Shown: positions 38,785-47,953 of the stretch, piece by piece
Numbering within the stretch: position 1 is the stretch's first letter
Layout: every line of letters starts with the position of its first letter
The notes under the pieces: model-generated
What the model was told of the DNA's origin: nothing
The model's input: only the letters and a program-made list of their open reading frames with translations
Databases searched by the model: none
Program-made: the position numbers and the translations under genes
NCBI GenBank assembly: GCA_965197585.1
Contig: OZ240215.1
Span: 1,888,001 to 1,952,000, forward strand
DNA: 64,000 nt
From: Dehalococcoidia bacterium
GTDB lineage: Bacteria > Chloroflexota > Dehalococcoidia > Plut-88900
Reading direction: 5' to 3'

Positions 38785-39005
38785 CTAAGGTATTTGCGGG
38801 CAAGCGCTTCGTACCTGGAATCCTCGCCCTCGGCCTGTCGGAACCGTCCCCTCCACCGGGAGGAGAATGTCGGCTCATATTTGACAGCGGCCTCCCTCAG
38901 TGACCTCTCTACAAGGGAAGATAGGGACTCCCCCCGGGAGTAGGCGTACTTCTTGGCCTTCGGTATTAGTTCCTCATCGACGGTTATGGTGAGTTTCTTT
39001 TTCAT
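38781..39005 (-). CDS. antitoxin (DUF6364/RHH-like)
   Basis: MKKKLTITVDEELIPKAKKYA..SLSSLVE; ATGA overlap with the PIN gene. Confidence 0.85.
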   Translation of the reverse strand: MKKKLTITVDEELIPKAKKYAYSRGESLSSLVERSLREAAVKYEPTFSSRWRGRFRQAEGEDSRYEALARKYLR

Positions 39006-39025
39006 TTCCTTTTCTCCAGCCTACC

Positions 39026-39063
39026 GTATACGTATATTGTACACACGTATACCACTTTATCAA
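39026..39063 (-). promoter_or_regulatory. TA operon promoter with inverted-repeat operator
   Basis: TTGATA - 16 nt - TACAAT on the minus strand; GTATACGT (39026-33) and ACGTATAC (39045-52) bracket the -10 box. Confidence 0.65.
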
Positions 39064-39111
39064 CCCCAGCACTGAATTGGTGCGTGGGGCAGGGCAGGCC
39101 ACCCCCGAGCC

Positions 39112-39957
39112 CTACTCCTCCTTCTTCACCCTGATCCCACCGTACGTCTCCGCACGCCACTCCAGCGCCAGCCTCAGGCCTTTTTCCTCCACCATGTCGT
39201 AGAACTGCCGAACTTGGGGAGCCAGGTGTGTGAACGCAGAGTTCTCGACTGCCAGCCTCTGGGACGCGGCGAATCCCATGTTGTCCAGTACCTTGTTCAC
39301 CAACGACTTGTTCGGCTCCAGCAGGTCCAGTGGCAGCAGCGCAATTTTCTGCGCCAGCTTGTCCACCTCCGCATCCAATTCCTCCGCCGGCACCGACTTG
39401 AACGTCAGCCCGATCCGTTCCGCCGTCTTCCCGTCTATGTTGTCGCCCGTCAGCAGGACATACTTCGCCCATTGCGGTCCGACAAGGTACGTCCACGCAT
39501 GCCTGAGTACGCTCTGCATCCCTTTCACGTCCGGGCATCCTATCTGCGCATCCTCAGCAGCTAAGATGAAATCGCACAGAAGGAAAAGGTCCGTGGCCCC
39601 TGCCAGGAAATAGCCGTGCACCTGCACTATTGTAGGCTTGCTTATCCCGCGGATCATGTCAGCGGCCTCTGTCCAAACTCTCGTTACCTTCTTGTAATCG
39701 TAAGCGGTCGTCACATCGGAGGTTCGGTTGGGCTGGTCTGGCGCCAGGTCCGCCCCTGCCGTGAAAGCCCTGCCATTACCCTTGATCACTATCACCCTCA
39801 CCTCTCGGTCATCATCCATGCCCTTCAGCGCATCGACAATCTCGCCCACGAATGCCTTGTTTAGCGCATTCAGCTTTTTTGGCCGGTTGAGTATCACGTA
39901 CCCGATCCTGCCCTTTTTCTCCGTTAGAACGTACTCGTAGTCCACGTTTTCCTCCAT
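39112..39957 (-). CDS. enoyl-CoA hydratase/isomerase (crotonase) family protein
   Basis: LNRPKKLNAL, GRAFTAGADL, KPTIVQVHG, LLTGDNIDG. Confidence 0.88.
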   Translation of the reverse strand: MEENVDYEYVLTEKKGRIGYVILNRPKKLNALNKAFVGEIVDALKGMDDDREVRVIVIKGNGRAFTAGADLAPDQPNRTSDVTTAYDYKKVTRVWTEAADMIRGISKPTIVQVHGYFLAGATDLFLLCDFILAAEDAQIGCPDVKGMQSVLRHAWTYLVGPQWAKYVLLTGDNIDGKTAERIGLTFKSVPAEELDAEVDKLAQKIALLPLDLLEPNKSLVNKVLDNMGFAASQRLAVENSAFTHLAPQVRQFYDMVEEKGLRLALEWRAETYGGIRVKKEE

Positions 39958-39996
39958 TGCCTTATTCGGACTCTGAATCGTATTGGTTAGTTTCCT

Positions 39997-41148
39997 CTAG
40001 TTGCCATTCTTGTCCTGGAACCTCGGCACGACCTCCGTGCCAAACAACTCGATACTCTCCATGTACTGCTCGAAACTGATGAACGGTATGCTCGGGAATA
40101 TCTGGAAGTGCTGGAAGTTTATCTCCCTGTTCAGCCTGTCCAGCTGCTCCGCAATATGGTCGGGCGTTCCCACCATTATTACGTTGTGCTTCCACAGGAA
40201 GTCGAACCAGTCGCAGTTCAGGTCGTCGTTGTGCAGCGTCTCGCTCGACCCCAACAGACCCTGCCGCACCCGACCCATGTGCGCCTCGATATTTCCGTAC
40301 AGGTCGTTAATTCCCGGCCTGGCAATGCTGATGGCTTCCTCCATCGTCTTGGCGCAGAACGACATGAACTGGATTGATGTCTTCTCTCCCAGCGGCAGAC
40401 CATTCCCCGCACTCTCCGTGCCCTTCTTGTATGCCTCGAACCCGTCCCTGATCCCTTCCAATGACCTCGCCGACCCCATCCCAAACAGCCCCCGAGCCCC
40501 GGCCACTTCCCATGACCGGTTGCTCGTCACCATCTGGGTGATTGGTGGATGTGGTTTCTGGTACGGCTTAGGCAGAACCGACACCTTAACCAACTCCCCG
40601 TCAGGCGAGTAGTGCGGAGGAGTAAGAGGAACACCGGGATCGGTCTCCATCCAGCCCGGTAGAGGGATCGTGTAGAAACGCCCCTTGTGGCTGAATGCCT
40701 CTTCAGTCCAAGCCTTGATGATTATGTCCAGAGATTCGGTGAACAGGGCGTAGTTCTTTTCGTTGTTCCGCCGGTCGGCCTCCGGGTTTAACTGCGCCCC
40801 CCACCGACTGTTGAATCCCCTCCCAATCCCGAACTCAGCTCTCCCCAGTGTCATATGGTCCAGGGTTGCTATGTCCTCGGCAACACGGATCGGATGCCAG
40901 TCGCAGATCGAGGTTGGGCTTTGTCCTACTTTCAGCGTCTTGGTGTGTAGGGCTATGTCCAGTCCCGTCATTATCGGGTTCGTGGCCGTCGAGAAGAAGC
41001 CGTCGTGCCAAAGGTGGTGCTCCGCCACCCACGCCGTCGTGAACCCCAGCGCCTCCAGAGCCCGGCCATACTCCCTGTACTCATCAACCTGGATGTGCCA
41101 GGGGATTACCTTTTTCGTATGCCAGAATATCGAGCTATCAAATCGCAT
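39997..41148 (-). CDS. LLM-class flavin-dependent monooxygenase
   Basis: WVAEHH, WHPIRVAEDIATLDHMTLGR, PKPYQKPHPP. Confidence 0.9.
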   Translation of the reverse strand: MRFDSSIFWHTKKVIPWHIQVDEYREYGRALEALGFTTAWVAEHHLWHDGFFSTATNPIMTGLDIALHTKTLKVGQSPTSICDWHPIRVAEDIATLDHMTLGRAEFGIGRGFNSRWGAQLNPEADRRNNEKNYALFTESLDIIIKAWTEEAFSHKGRFYTIPLPGWMETDPGVPLTPPHYSPDGELVKVSVLPKPYQKPHPPITQMVTSNRSWEVAGARGLFGMGSARSLEGIRDGFEAYKKGTESAGNGLPLGEKTSIQFMSFCAKTMEEAISIARPGINDLYGNIEAHMGRVRQGLLGSSETLHNDDLNCDWFDFLWKHNVIMVGTPDHIAEQLDRLNREINFQHFQIFPSIPFISFEQYMESIELFGTEVVPRFQDKNGN

Positions 41149-41217
41149 CTATGACCTCTCCTTTGAGTTTCTGGAAACGGATCGCCGTCCTCGGAGATCC
41201 CTGAAAGGCCTCTAATC

Positions 41218-42282
41218 CTACAGCGGTTCTACGAAGGTCAAAGCCCGCCTCGGATTATCAATAAGTATCCGCCGGATCTCCTCTTCCCCGAAGCCCTTGA
41301 GCCGCATCCTGGGAACCATGTATTCGAGGAAGTAGCAGTAACCTTGACCCCCGTTCTTAACCAGTTGCTTCTTCTGAGCTATGTCATGCGACACCAGTAG
41401 TTGGCCCCCGTGCCCCTCGCTTATCAGCCATGCCATTATATTTAGCCGCTGCGCGTCATTGAGGATGTCTATGTGAGGCGCAGCCGGGAAAAACGAGGTC
41501 TCCTCCCCAAAAAAGTCGTACTCGAGAAAGCACCCGGTCTCCGCCAGTTCCTTCAGCAGCTTCTTGTCGAATATCGTACGCTCCAGGTGCCCGACAATCA
41601 CCCGCCTGGGATCGGCCCCCGATTCCAGCAGGATTTCCATGATCTCCCCTGGGCTCGATTGGTCCCTGCCCGGGTGTATCAGGATTGGCGCTCCAGTCAG
41701 CCTATGCGCCCGAGCCGTGGCCCTTAGCACCTTCCGCTCGTTTGGGTGCAGCGGCCACGAACACCCCACCTCCCCTATTATCCCCGATCGTATACCCGTG
41801 TTCCCAACGCCCTTCAGCACATCCCCAGCTATTTGCTCGGTTAGCGACTCCTCACTCCTCTTATCCATGTCGGCCGGATGCGTCACGCCGACATAGAAGG
41901 AAGACCCCATGATCACGTGCACCCCCGTGGCCCGGGAGATGCGCGTCAATCCCACGGGGTCCCGTCCGATGCCTATGTTCGTTGCATCCACCAGCGCCGA
42001 GCCACCGAACTCCTTATACAACCCCACTTCAGCGATGATGGTCGGGATGTCATCCAGCTTGGAATTATCCTTGTTTACCCCCTGCCCGTGATGAATCCAT
42101 CCCAGGATCTCGATGCTGAATGGAGCTTCGTATTTCCCCCTCTGGCTCGCCTCCTCCGGAACTTCCGCCAACCCGTCGAACGACGATAGCAGGTGCTCGT
42201 GCGTCATCGTAACGCCCAGGTCCTCCGGCGCTATTGGCCCTAGTACCGTCTGCACCTTACCCCCCAGGCTCACACCGCTCAC
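41218..42282 (-). CDS. phosphotriesterase-related (PTER/PHP-type) hydrolase, copy 3
   Basis: THEH, GEVG, IHPG, VGHL, SHD metal ligands. Confidence 0.9.
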   Translation of the reverse strand: MSGVSLGGKVQTVLGPIAPEDLGVTMTHEHLLSSFDGLAEVPEEASQRGKYEAPFSIEILGWIHHGQGVNKDNSKLDDIPTIIAEVGLYKEFGGSALVDATNIGIGRDPVGLTRISRATGVHVIMGSSFYVGVTHPADMDKRSEESLTEQIAGDVLKGVGNTGIRSGIIGEVGCSWPLHPNERKVLRATARAHRLTGAPILIHPGRDQSSPGEIMEILLESGADPRRVIVGHLERTIFDKKLLKELAETGCFLEYDFFGEETSFFPAAPHIDILNDAQRLNIMAWLISEGHGGQLLVSHDIAQKKQLVKNGGQGYCYFLEYMVPRMRLKGFGEEEIRRILIDNPRRALTFVEPL

Positions 42283-43343
42283 TGAGGCTCCACGAATGTC
42301 AGTGCCCGCCTGGGGTTGTCTACCAGAATCCGGCGAATGTCTTCTTCCTTGAAGCCCTTGATCTGCATCCTCGGCACCATGTATTCCAGGAAGTAGCAGT
42401 ACCCTTGGCCCCCATACTTCACCAAATGGGCCTTCTGAGCTATGTCATGCGACACCACTAGTTGGTCCCCGTACCCCTCGCTTATCAGCCACTCCATCAT
42501 GCTCAAACGCTGCGCGTCATTCATGATGTCTATGTGAGGTGCTGGCGGGTAATACGAGACCTCCTGCCCGAAGATATCGTACTCCAGAAAGCACCCCGTC
42601 TCAGCCAACTCCTTCAACACATTCTTGTCGAAGATAGTCCTGTCCAGGTGCCCGACGATCACCCGCTCGGGATCGGCGCCCGCCTCCATCAGAATCTCCA
42701 TGATCTCCGCTGGGCACGACTGATCCCTGCCGGGATGTATCAGGATAGGAGCCCCCGTCAGCCTTTGCGCCCGAGCCGTGGCCCGTAGCACCTTCCTTTC
42801 GTTAGGATGCAGAGGCCAAGTGCACCCCACCTCCCCCAATACCCCCGCCCGAATGCCCGTGTTCCCCACCCCCCTCAACACGTCCCCTGCTATCTGCTCA
42901 GTCAGCGACTCCTCGCTCCGTTCGCCCATGTCCGCCGGATGCCTTGATGCCACGTAAAACGACGCCCCCATGATGATATGCACACCCGTGGCCCGAGATA
43001 TGCGCGACAAACCCACCGGGTCCCGACCAATACCTAGGCTCGTAGCATCCACCAACGCCGAGCCGCCGAACTGCTCGTACAACCCCACTTCTTCAATGAT
43101 GGTAGGAATGTCGCCCAGCCTGGAATTGTCCTTGTTTACGCCTCGCCCATGGTGAATCCAGCCTAGAACCTCCAAATTGAACGGGGTTTCGTACTTTCCA
43201 TTCTGGCTTGCCCCCTCCGGCACCCCGAACACCCCATCAAACCACCCTAATACGTGCTCGTGCGTCATCGTAACGCCCAGGTCTTCCGGCTCTATTGGCC
43301 CAAGCACCGTCTGCACCTTCCCAGCCATGTTCACACCATTCAC
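42279..43343 (-). CDS. phosphotriesterase-related hydrolase, copy 2
   Basis: Same motifs; GTGA overlaps with both neighbours. Confidence 0.9.
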   Translation of the reverse strand: MNGVNMAGKVQTVLGPIEPEDLGVTMTHEHVLGWFDGVFGVPEGASQNGKYETPFNLEVLGWIHHGRGVNKDNSRLGDIPTIIEEVGLYEQFGGSALVDATSLGIGRDPVGLSRISRATGVHIIMGASFYVASRHPADMGERSEESLTEQIAGDVLRGVGNTGIRAGVLGEVGCTWPLHPNERKVLRATARAQRLTGAPILIHPGRDQSCPAEIMEILMEAGADPERVIVGHLDRTIFDKNVLKELAETGCFLEYDIFGQEVSYYPPAPHIDIMNDAQRLSMMEWLISEGYGDQLVVSHDIAQKAHLVKYGGQGYCYFLEYMVPRMQIKGFKEEDIRRILVDNPRRALTFVEPQ

Positions 43344-44404
43344 TGAGGCTCCACGAATGTAAGCGCCCGCTTGGGATTGTCTACCAGGATCCGACGGATA
43401 TCCTCCTCCTCGAAGCCCTTGATCCGCATCCTCGGCACCATGTACTCCAGGAAATAGCAGTACCCGTGCCCTCCGTACTGCACAAGCCGGTTCTTCCGAG
43501 CGATGTCATGCGAGACAAGAAGCTGTCCCCCGTGCCCCTCGCTTATCAACCATGCAAGCATGTTCAGCCGTTGCGCATCGTTGGGCATGTCTATGTGGGG
43601 TGCCGCCGGATACAGAGAAGTCTCCTGACCGAACACGTCGTACTCCAGGAAACACCCCGTCTCGGCAAGGTCCTTCAGTAGCTTTTTGTCAAAAATGGTC
43701 CTGTCCAGATGCCCGACAATCACCCGCTTGGGGTCCGCCCCCGTCTCCAATAGGATCCCCATTATCTCCGCCGGGCTCGTCTGGTCCCGCCCCGGATGTA
43801 TCAGGATCGGCGCCCCCGTCAGCCTCTGCGCCCGAGCCGTGGCCCGTAGCACTTTCCGCTCAGTGGGTCGCAGGGGCCATGTGCACCCCACCTCCCCCAT
43901 TATCCCCGCCTTTATCCCCGTGCTCCCCACACCCCTCATCACATCCCCGGCTATCTGCTCGGTCAGTGATTCCTCGCTTCTCTCGTCCATGTCCGCAGGA
44001 TGCGTAACACCCACATAGAACGAAGAACCCATGATCACGTGTACTCCCGTGGCCCGTGATATGCGCGTCAACCCCACCGGGTCCCGACCCAGCCCTAGGC
44101 TCGTCGCATCCACCAGCGCCGAGCCCCCAAACTCCTTATATAGCCCCACTTCCTTAACGATGGTGGGGATGTGGTCCAGCTTGGAATTATCCTTGTTGAT
44201 TCCCCTTCCGTGGAGCAGCCAGCCGAGAATCTCTATGCTAAAGGGAGCTTCAAACTTCGCCTTGAGACTCGCCTCCGTCGGTTCCTTGTACACCCCCACC
44301 GTCGACACAAGCAGATGCTCATGCGTCATCGTTACACCCAGATCATCCGGGTCTATAGGCCCAAGAACCGTCTGCACTTTCCCTGCAAGGCTAACGCTGC
44401 TCAT
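43340..44404 (-). CDS. phosphotriesterase-related hydrolase, copy 1
   Basis: Same motifs; start MSSVSLAGKV (44404) aligns with the paralog starts. Confidence 0.9.
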   Translation of the reverse strand: MSSVSLAGKVQTVLGPIDPDDLGVTMTHEHLLVSTVGVYKEPTEASLKAKFEAPFSIEILGWLLHGRGINKDNSKLDHIPTIVKEVGLYKEFGGSALVDATSLGLGRDPVGLTRISRATGVHVIMGSSFYVGVTHPADMDERSEESLTEQIAGDVMRGVGSTGIKAGIMGEVGCTWPLRPTERKVLRATARAQRLTGAPILIHPGRDQTSPAEIMGILLETGADPKRVIVGHLDRTIFDKKLLKDLAETGCFLEYDVFGQETSLYPAAPHIDMPNDAQRLNMLAWLISEGHGGQLLVSHDIARKNRLVQYGGHGYCYFLEYMVPRMRIKGFEEEDIRRILVDNPKRALTFVEPQ

Positions 44405-44488
44405 ATTCTGCCCTTCATGCTTTTTGTCATGCACCCTTGTATAAGACCTTCCGCACCTCTCTTGGAAGGGCTTGTGGAGGTGTCCTGT

Positions 44489-44527
44489 CCCCTCTCCCTT
44501 GATGGGAGAGGGCTAGGGTGAGGGTGA
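44489..44527. repeat. CCCTCTCCC..GGGAGAGGG hairpin repeat (empty copy)
   Basis: CCCTCTCCC-TTGAT-GGGAGAGGG-CTAGGGTGAGGGTGA; an interrupted copy lies at 61813-61894. Confidence 0.75.
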
Positions 44528-44580
44528 TATGGCTTCCCCCACCCGCAATTGCGCAGGAACCTCATTTTGCCCCCACCCCC

Positions 44581-45294
44581 CTAGTCCCTAATGTTGAAAC
44601 CCCGATACACCTCCGCATATTTCACGCCCCTCGGCTTTCCATTCTCACTCCGCCACATCCGCATGTACTTCTCGGCGTCCTCCGGCCTGACCTGGCTTCT
44701 GTGCTGTTTCAAAGCCTCGATAGCCGTTTCTATAGTGTCTGTCACGTCTATGACCGTGTTTGCATCTTCGCTCCGGTCCATAATCAGCAGTTGTGCAACC
44801 TTGTGAGGCTCGAAACCCTCGTCCAGAAGCCCGGGAAACGTGAGCCTATCCCGGGCCGCCGGGTAGACCGCCGACATCGTTGCTTCTCCCACAGCAATGT
44901 GGTCCGGGTGCCCGATATAGTCTCCGTGATCGAAGCTGCGGATCGGGCAGGGAGAGATGAGTATGTCCGGTTTGTGCCTTCTTATCTCTCTGGAAATGTC
45001 CTTGCGCAGCTCCAGTGATGGGGTCAGCATGGCATCTTCGTAGTCCAGGAAAATCACATCCCTCACGCCCAACACGTCGGCAGCATCGCGTTGCTCCTGC
45101 CTCCTCATCTCGGCCAGCTGCTGGTTGTCTATCTCCGGGACGTCCGTCCCTTTGTTCCCGTTGGTGCAAATAATGTACACGACGTCCATTCCATCTTTGC
45201 ACCACTTCGCCACCGTCCCCGAGCATCCCCACTCCGCATCGTCGGGATGTGCCACAATCACCATCCCCCGCTGAGGCTTGATATCGTCTTCCAT
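44581..45294 (-). CDS. PIG-L family deacetylase
   Basis: AHPDDAE, RRQEQ, HPDH, HRSQ motifs; AGGAGGAG SD. Confidence 0.9.
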   Translation of the reverse strand: MEDDIKPQRGMVIVAHPDDAEWGCSGTVAKWCKDGMDVVYIICTNGNKGTDVPEIDNQQLAEMRRQEQRDAADVLGVRDVIFLDYEDAMLTPSLELRKDISREIRRHKPDILISPCPIRSFDHGDYIGHPDHIAVGEATMSAVYPAARDRLTFPGLLDEGFEPHKVAQLLIMDRSEDANTVIDVTDTIETAIEALKQHRSQVRPEDAEKYMRMWRSENGKPRGVKYAEVYRGFNIRD

Positions 45295-45359
45295 GCTCCT
45301 CCTACCTTGTTATTCTTATCATCGAATTTTGTGCCGAATTGAGGGCCGAAACCCGGCCT

Positions 45360-46109
45360 TCAACTGTATCGTTCTACCAGTTCCCTTATCAACAGCGTCA
45401 GGCCGGAAATGATTATGACTGCAACCACCGCAAACCTCAACATCGATTCCTTCATTCTCCCAACCAACCGAGATGCAACCCAGAATCCGGCCAGGGTTGC
45501 GGGCAGAAGCATCAGATTTAGCAGCCATCTTTCCCTGGTGTATATACCGAATATTACGTAAAGGACAATTGCAAAGACTGCAACCGTAGAGTAGTAGACC
45601 GCTATCGTCACCCTGATCTTCCTCGCCCCCAAGCCCTGGTTGAACAAGTGCCAGGCCACAATCGGAATCCCGACACCCAACCCCGTCACCAGTGCTGCCC
45701 CACTGAACCCGAACGCCGCGTCCACTAACTTGGATTTAGGTATCGGAACCCTTCTCCGCGAAAGGCTCAGCGCTGCCAATACGACTATCACGACGCCAAT
45801 GAGTATCTTCAGTGACTCTGGAGCCAGGTTTTCCAGTACCAGGAGTCCTACAGGTACTCCAGCCAGTCCTGCTATTACTAGCGGCTTGGCCGATCCGACG
45901 TCTACCTCCCCCCTCCCCTTCACCCCGATCATCGCCAGCCCCACGAAGGATAGCGTGTTGACAGCCAGCACCACGGGTGGGGGATCTAAGACCAGCAGGA
46001 GCATCGGAGACAGCATCATCCCCATCCCAAACCCCACCAGTCCCGCCACGGCGGAGCTCAGAAACACCGCCCCCATCGCAAATGCCAGCTCGGGACCCGA
46101 GAGGAGCAT
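45360..46109 (-). CDS. TauE/SafE family sulfite exporter-like membrane protein
   Basis: GLVGFGMG motif, about eight hydrophobic segments, 249 aa. Confidence 0.82.
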   Translation of the reverse strand: MLLSGPELAFAMGAVFLSSAVAGLVGFGMGMMLSPMLLLVLDPPPVVLAVNTLSFVGLAMIGVKGRGEVDVGSAKPLVIAGLAGVPVGLLVLENLAPESLKILIGVVIVVLAALSLSRRRVPIPKSKLVDAAFGFSGAALVTGLGVGIPIVAWHLFNQGLGARKIRVTIAVYYSTVAVFAIVLYVIFGIYTRERWLLNLMLLPATLAGFWVASRLVGRMKESMLRFAVVAVIIISGLTLLIRELVERYS

Positions 46110-46187
46110 CAGCAGACCCGCCCTCTAGAGGAAAGGCCTCTGTTGCAGGTTTCCACTTTCACCTCTCTCAGGTAGAATCCAAGCACC

Positions 46188-47558
46188 ATGTCCACGGTCT
46201 TAGCCAATGCCACTATAGTCACCTCGAACCCCAACAGGGACATTCTGTACGATGCAGCCCTTGCTGTGGACGATGGGCGCATCGCCGCCCTCGGCCCGAC
46301 GCCTGACCTCCTGTCCCAGTTCCCCAACGCCGAGCTCGTTGACTGCCGAGGCAAGACCGTCTTCCCGGGTCTCATCAACGCTCACACCCACCTCATGCGC
46401 ACCGTGGGGCGCGGCATCCTCGAAGATACGGGTTACCCCAACACTCTGCAACATCCCCAGGATGTCCGTGAGATGCTTAGCCCCGACGAGACCCGCGTGA
46501 TGATCATGCTCGGCGCCTTGGAATCTATACGGAGCGGGAGCACCGGTCTCATCGAAATTAGCCGGAACACGGAGACATTTGCCCCCGCCTTGGAAACAAC
46601 GGGACTCCGGCTTGTACTGGCCGAAGTAATGGAAGACCTCGACCCTGAGCCCGCAAAACTTGGCATCTATGCGTACTCTGACGACCGCAGAGAAGCGAGC
46701 ATCCAAAGAGGCTCCGGCTTAGTCGAAAAGTGGAACGGATCCGCTGGAGGCCGCATAACCTGCTTCTTCGCTCCCGGTGCCCCCGAGTCCTGCTCTCCCC
46801 AACTCCTGCGTTCCGTCAGAGAAATGGCCGAAAGCTATGATATCGGCTACACCATCCACCTCTGCCAGAGCATGGTCGAGATGAATGCCATCCGCCGCAT
46901 CTACGGTGTCCGACCCACCCACTACCTCTTCGCCAACGAGTTTCTCGGCCCCCGACTCCTCACCGCCCACAATCGCTACGTCGATGATTCGGAAATAGCG
47001 ATGCTCGGCGGCGCGGGGGTGAGCATATCCAACAACCCAGCCATCGCCGCCCGACGAGCTACAGCCGCCCCCGTCCTGGAACTCGAAGCCGCCGGATGCA
47101 ACGTCGCAATGGGCTCCGACAACATGACCCACGATATGGTTGAGGTCCTGCGCTCCGGTGTCTTCTACGAAAGGGTGCGCCGCAACTCCCAGATGCATCC
47201 CATGCCCGAGGACGTCCTCGAGTGGGCCACTATGGGTTCCGCCCGTGCCCTTCGCCTCGACCAAAAGGTCGGCTCCCTTGAACCGGGCAAACAAGCCGAC
47301 CTCTTCATCATCAACTCTTCCCGCGCCCATCTAGTACCCAACCTCAGAATCGTATCCGCATTCGTGCACAACGGTCAGGCTGGCGACATAGAGTCCGTCA
47401 TGGTCGACGGCCAGTGGCTAATGCGAGACTGCAAGGTCCTCACCATCGACGAAGCCTCCGTAGTCGAAGCTGCCCAGGAAGTCGGCGCCCGAGCCTGGCA
47501 ACGCCTCCTAGAGCTCTACCCAAACGTCCCATTCCCCTTCACCCTCGCCCCAAACTAA
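46188..47558 (+). CDS. amidohydrolase family 1 protein (MTA/SAH deaminase-like)
   Basis: PGLINAHTH, IHL, MGSDN, GSLEPGKQADL, VMVDG. Confidence 0.87.
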   Translation: MSTVLANATIVTSNPNRDILYDAALAVDDGRIAALGPTPDLLSQFPNAELVDCRGKTVFPGLINAHTHLMRTVGRGILEDTGYPNTLQHPQDVREMLSPDETRVMIMLGALESIRSGSTGLIEISRNTETFAPALETTGLRLVLAEVMEDLDPEPAKLGIYAYSDDRREASIQRGSGLVEKWNGSAGGRITCFFAPGAPESCSPQLLRSVREMAESYDIGYTIHLCQSMVEMNAIRRIYGVRPTHYLFANEFLGPRLLTAHNRYVDDSEIAMLGGAGVSISNNPAIAARRATAAPVLELEAAGCNVAMGSDNMTHDMVEVLRSGVFYERVRRNSQMHPMPEDVLEWATMGSARALRLDQKVGSLEPGKQADLFIINSSRAHLVPNLRIVSAFVHNGQAGDIESVMVDGQWLMRDCKVLTIDEASVVEAAQEVGARAWQRLLELYPNVPFPFTLAPN

Positions 47559-47858
47559 ATCCCTGCATGACCTTCCCCCCTCGAGGGTGGCGCATTCCGC
47601 TCGCCCTGAGCAGAGTCGAAGGGTCTCAAGAGCGGAATGGGCGGGGCGTCCCCCTCCCATATGATGAGTCGCAGATACGCCGAGGCGTGACATTTGCAGA
47701 ATCTGTGTTGGAGGGGCCGGGGCCGCTCGTGCTGAGCCCGCTGAAAGTCCGCCTGAGGAGGATCGAAGTATGAGCGGGGGGAGGAAATGTGGTTGTCAGA
47801 GCGGCAGATTTTGGTGTACCCCAAACGACGAAAATATTTGGAGGAAAGTTGTACATTG
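47559..47858. repeat. composite cluster of palindromic repeats flanked by a duplicated gene 3' end
   Basis: TTCACCCTCGCCCCAA at 47538-47553 and 47859-47874; contains two CTGAG..TCGAAG repeats and an AGTCGCAGAT-hairpin module. Confidence 0.65.
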
Positions 47859-47953
47859 TTCACCCTCGCCCCAACTCCGAACTAACCCCACCTTCTCGCG
47901 GACGCTATAATGGCCCTGCCGTGAGCCCTCTATCAGAATTCTAGGAGGCCAAT

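Noticed and set aside
33346-44404. Diversity-generating retroelement behind the near-identical paralogs
   Set aside because: No reverse transcriptase in the window; differences are spread through whole genes and do not look adenine-specific.
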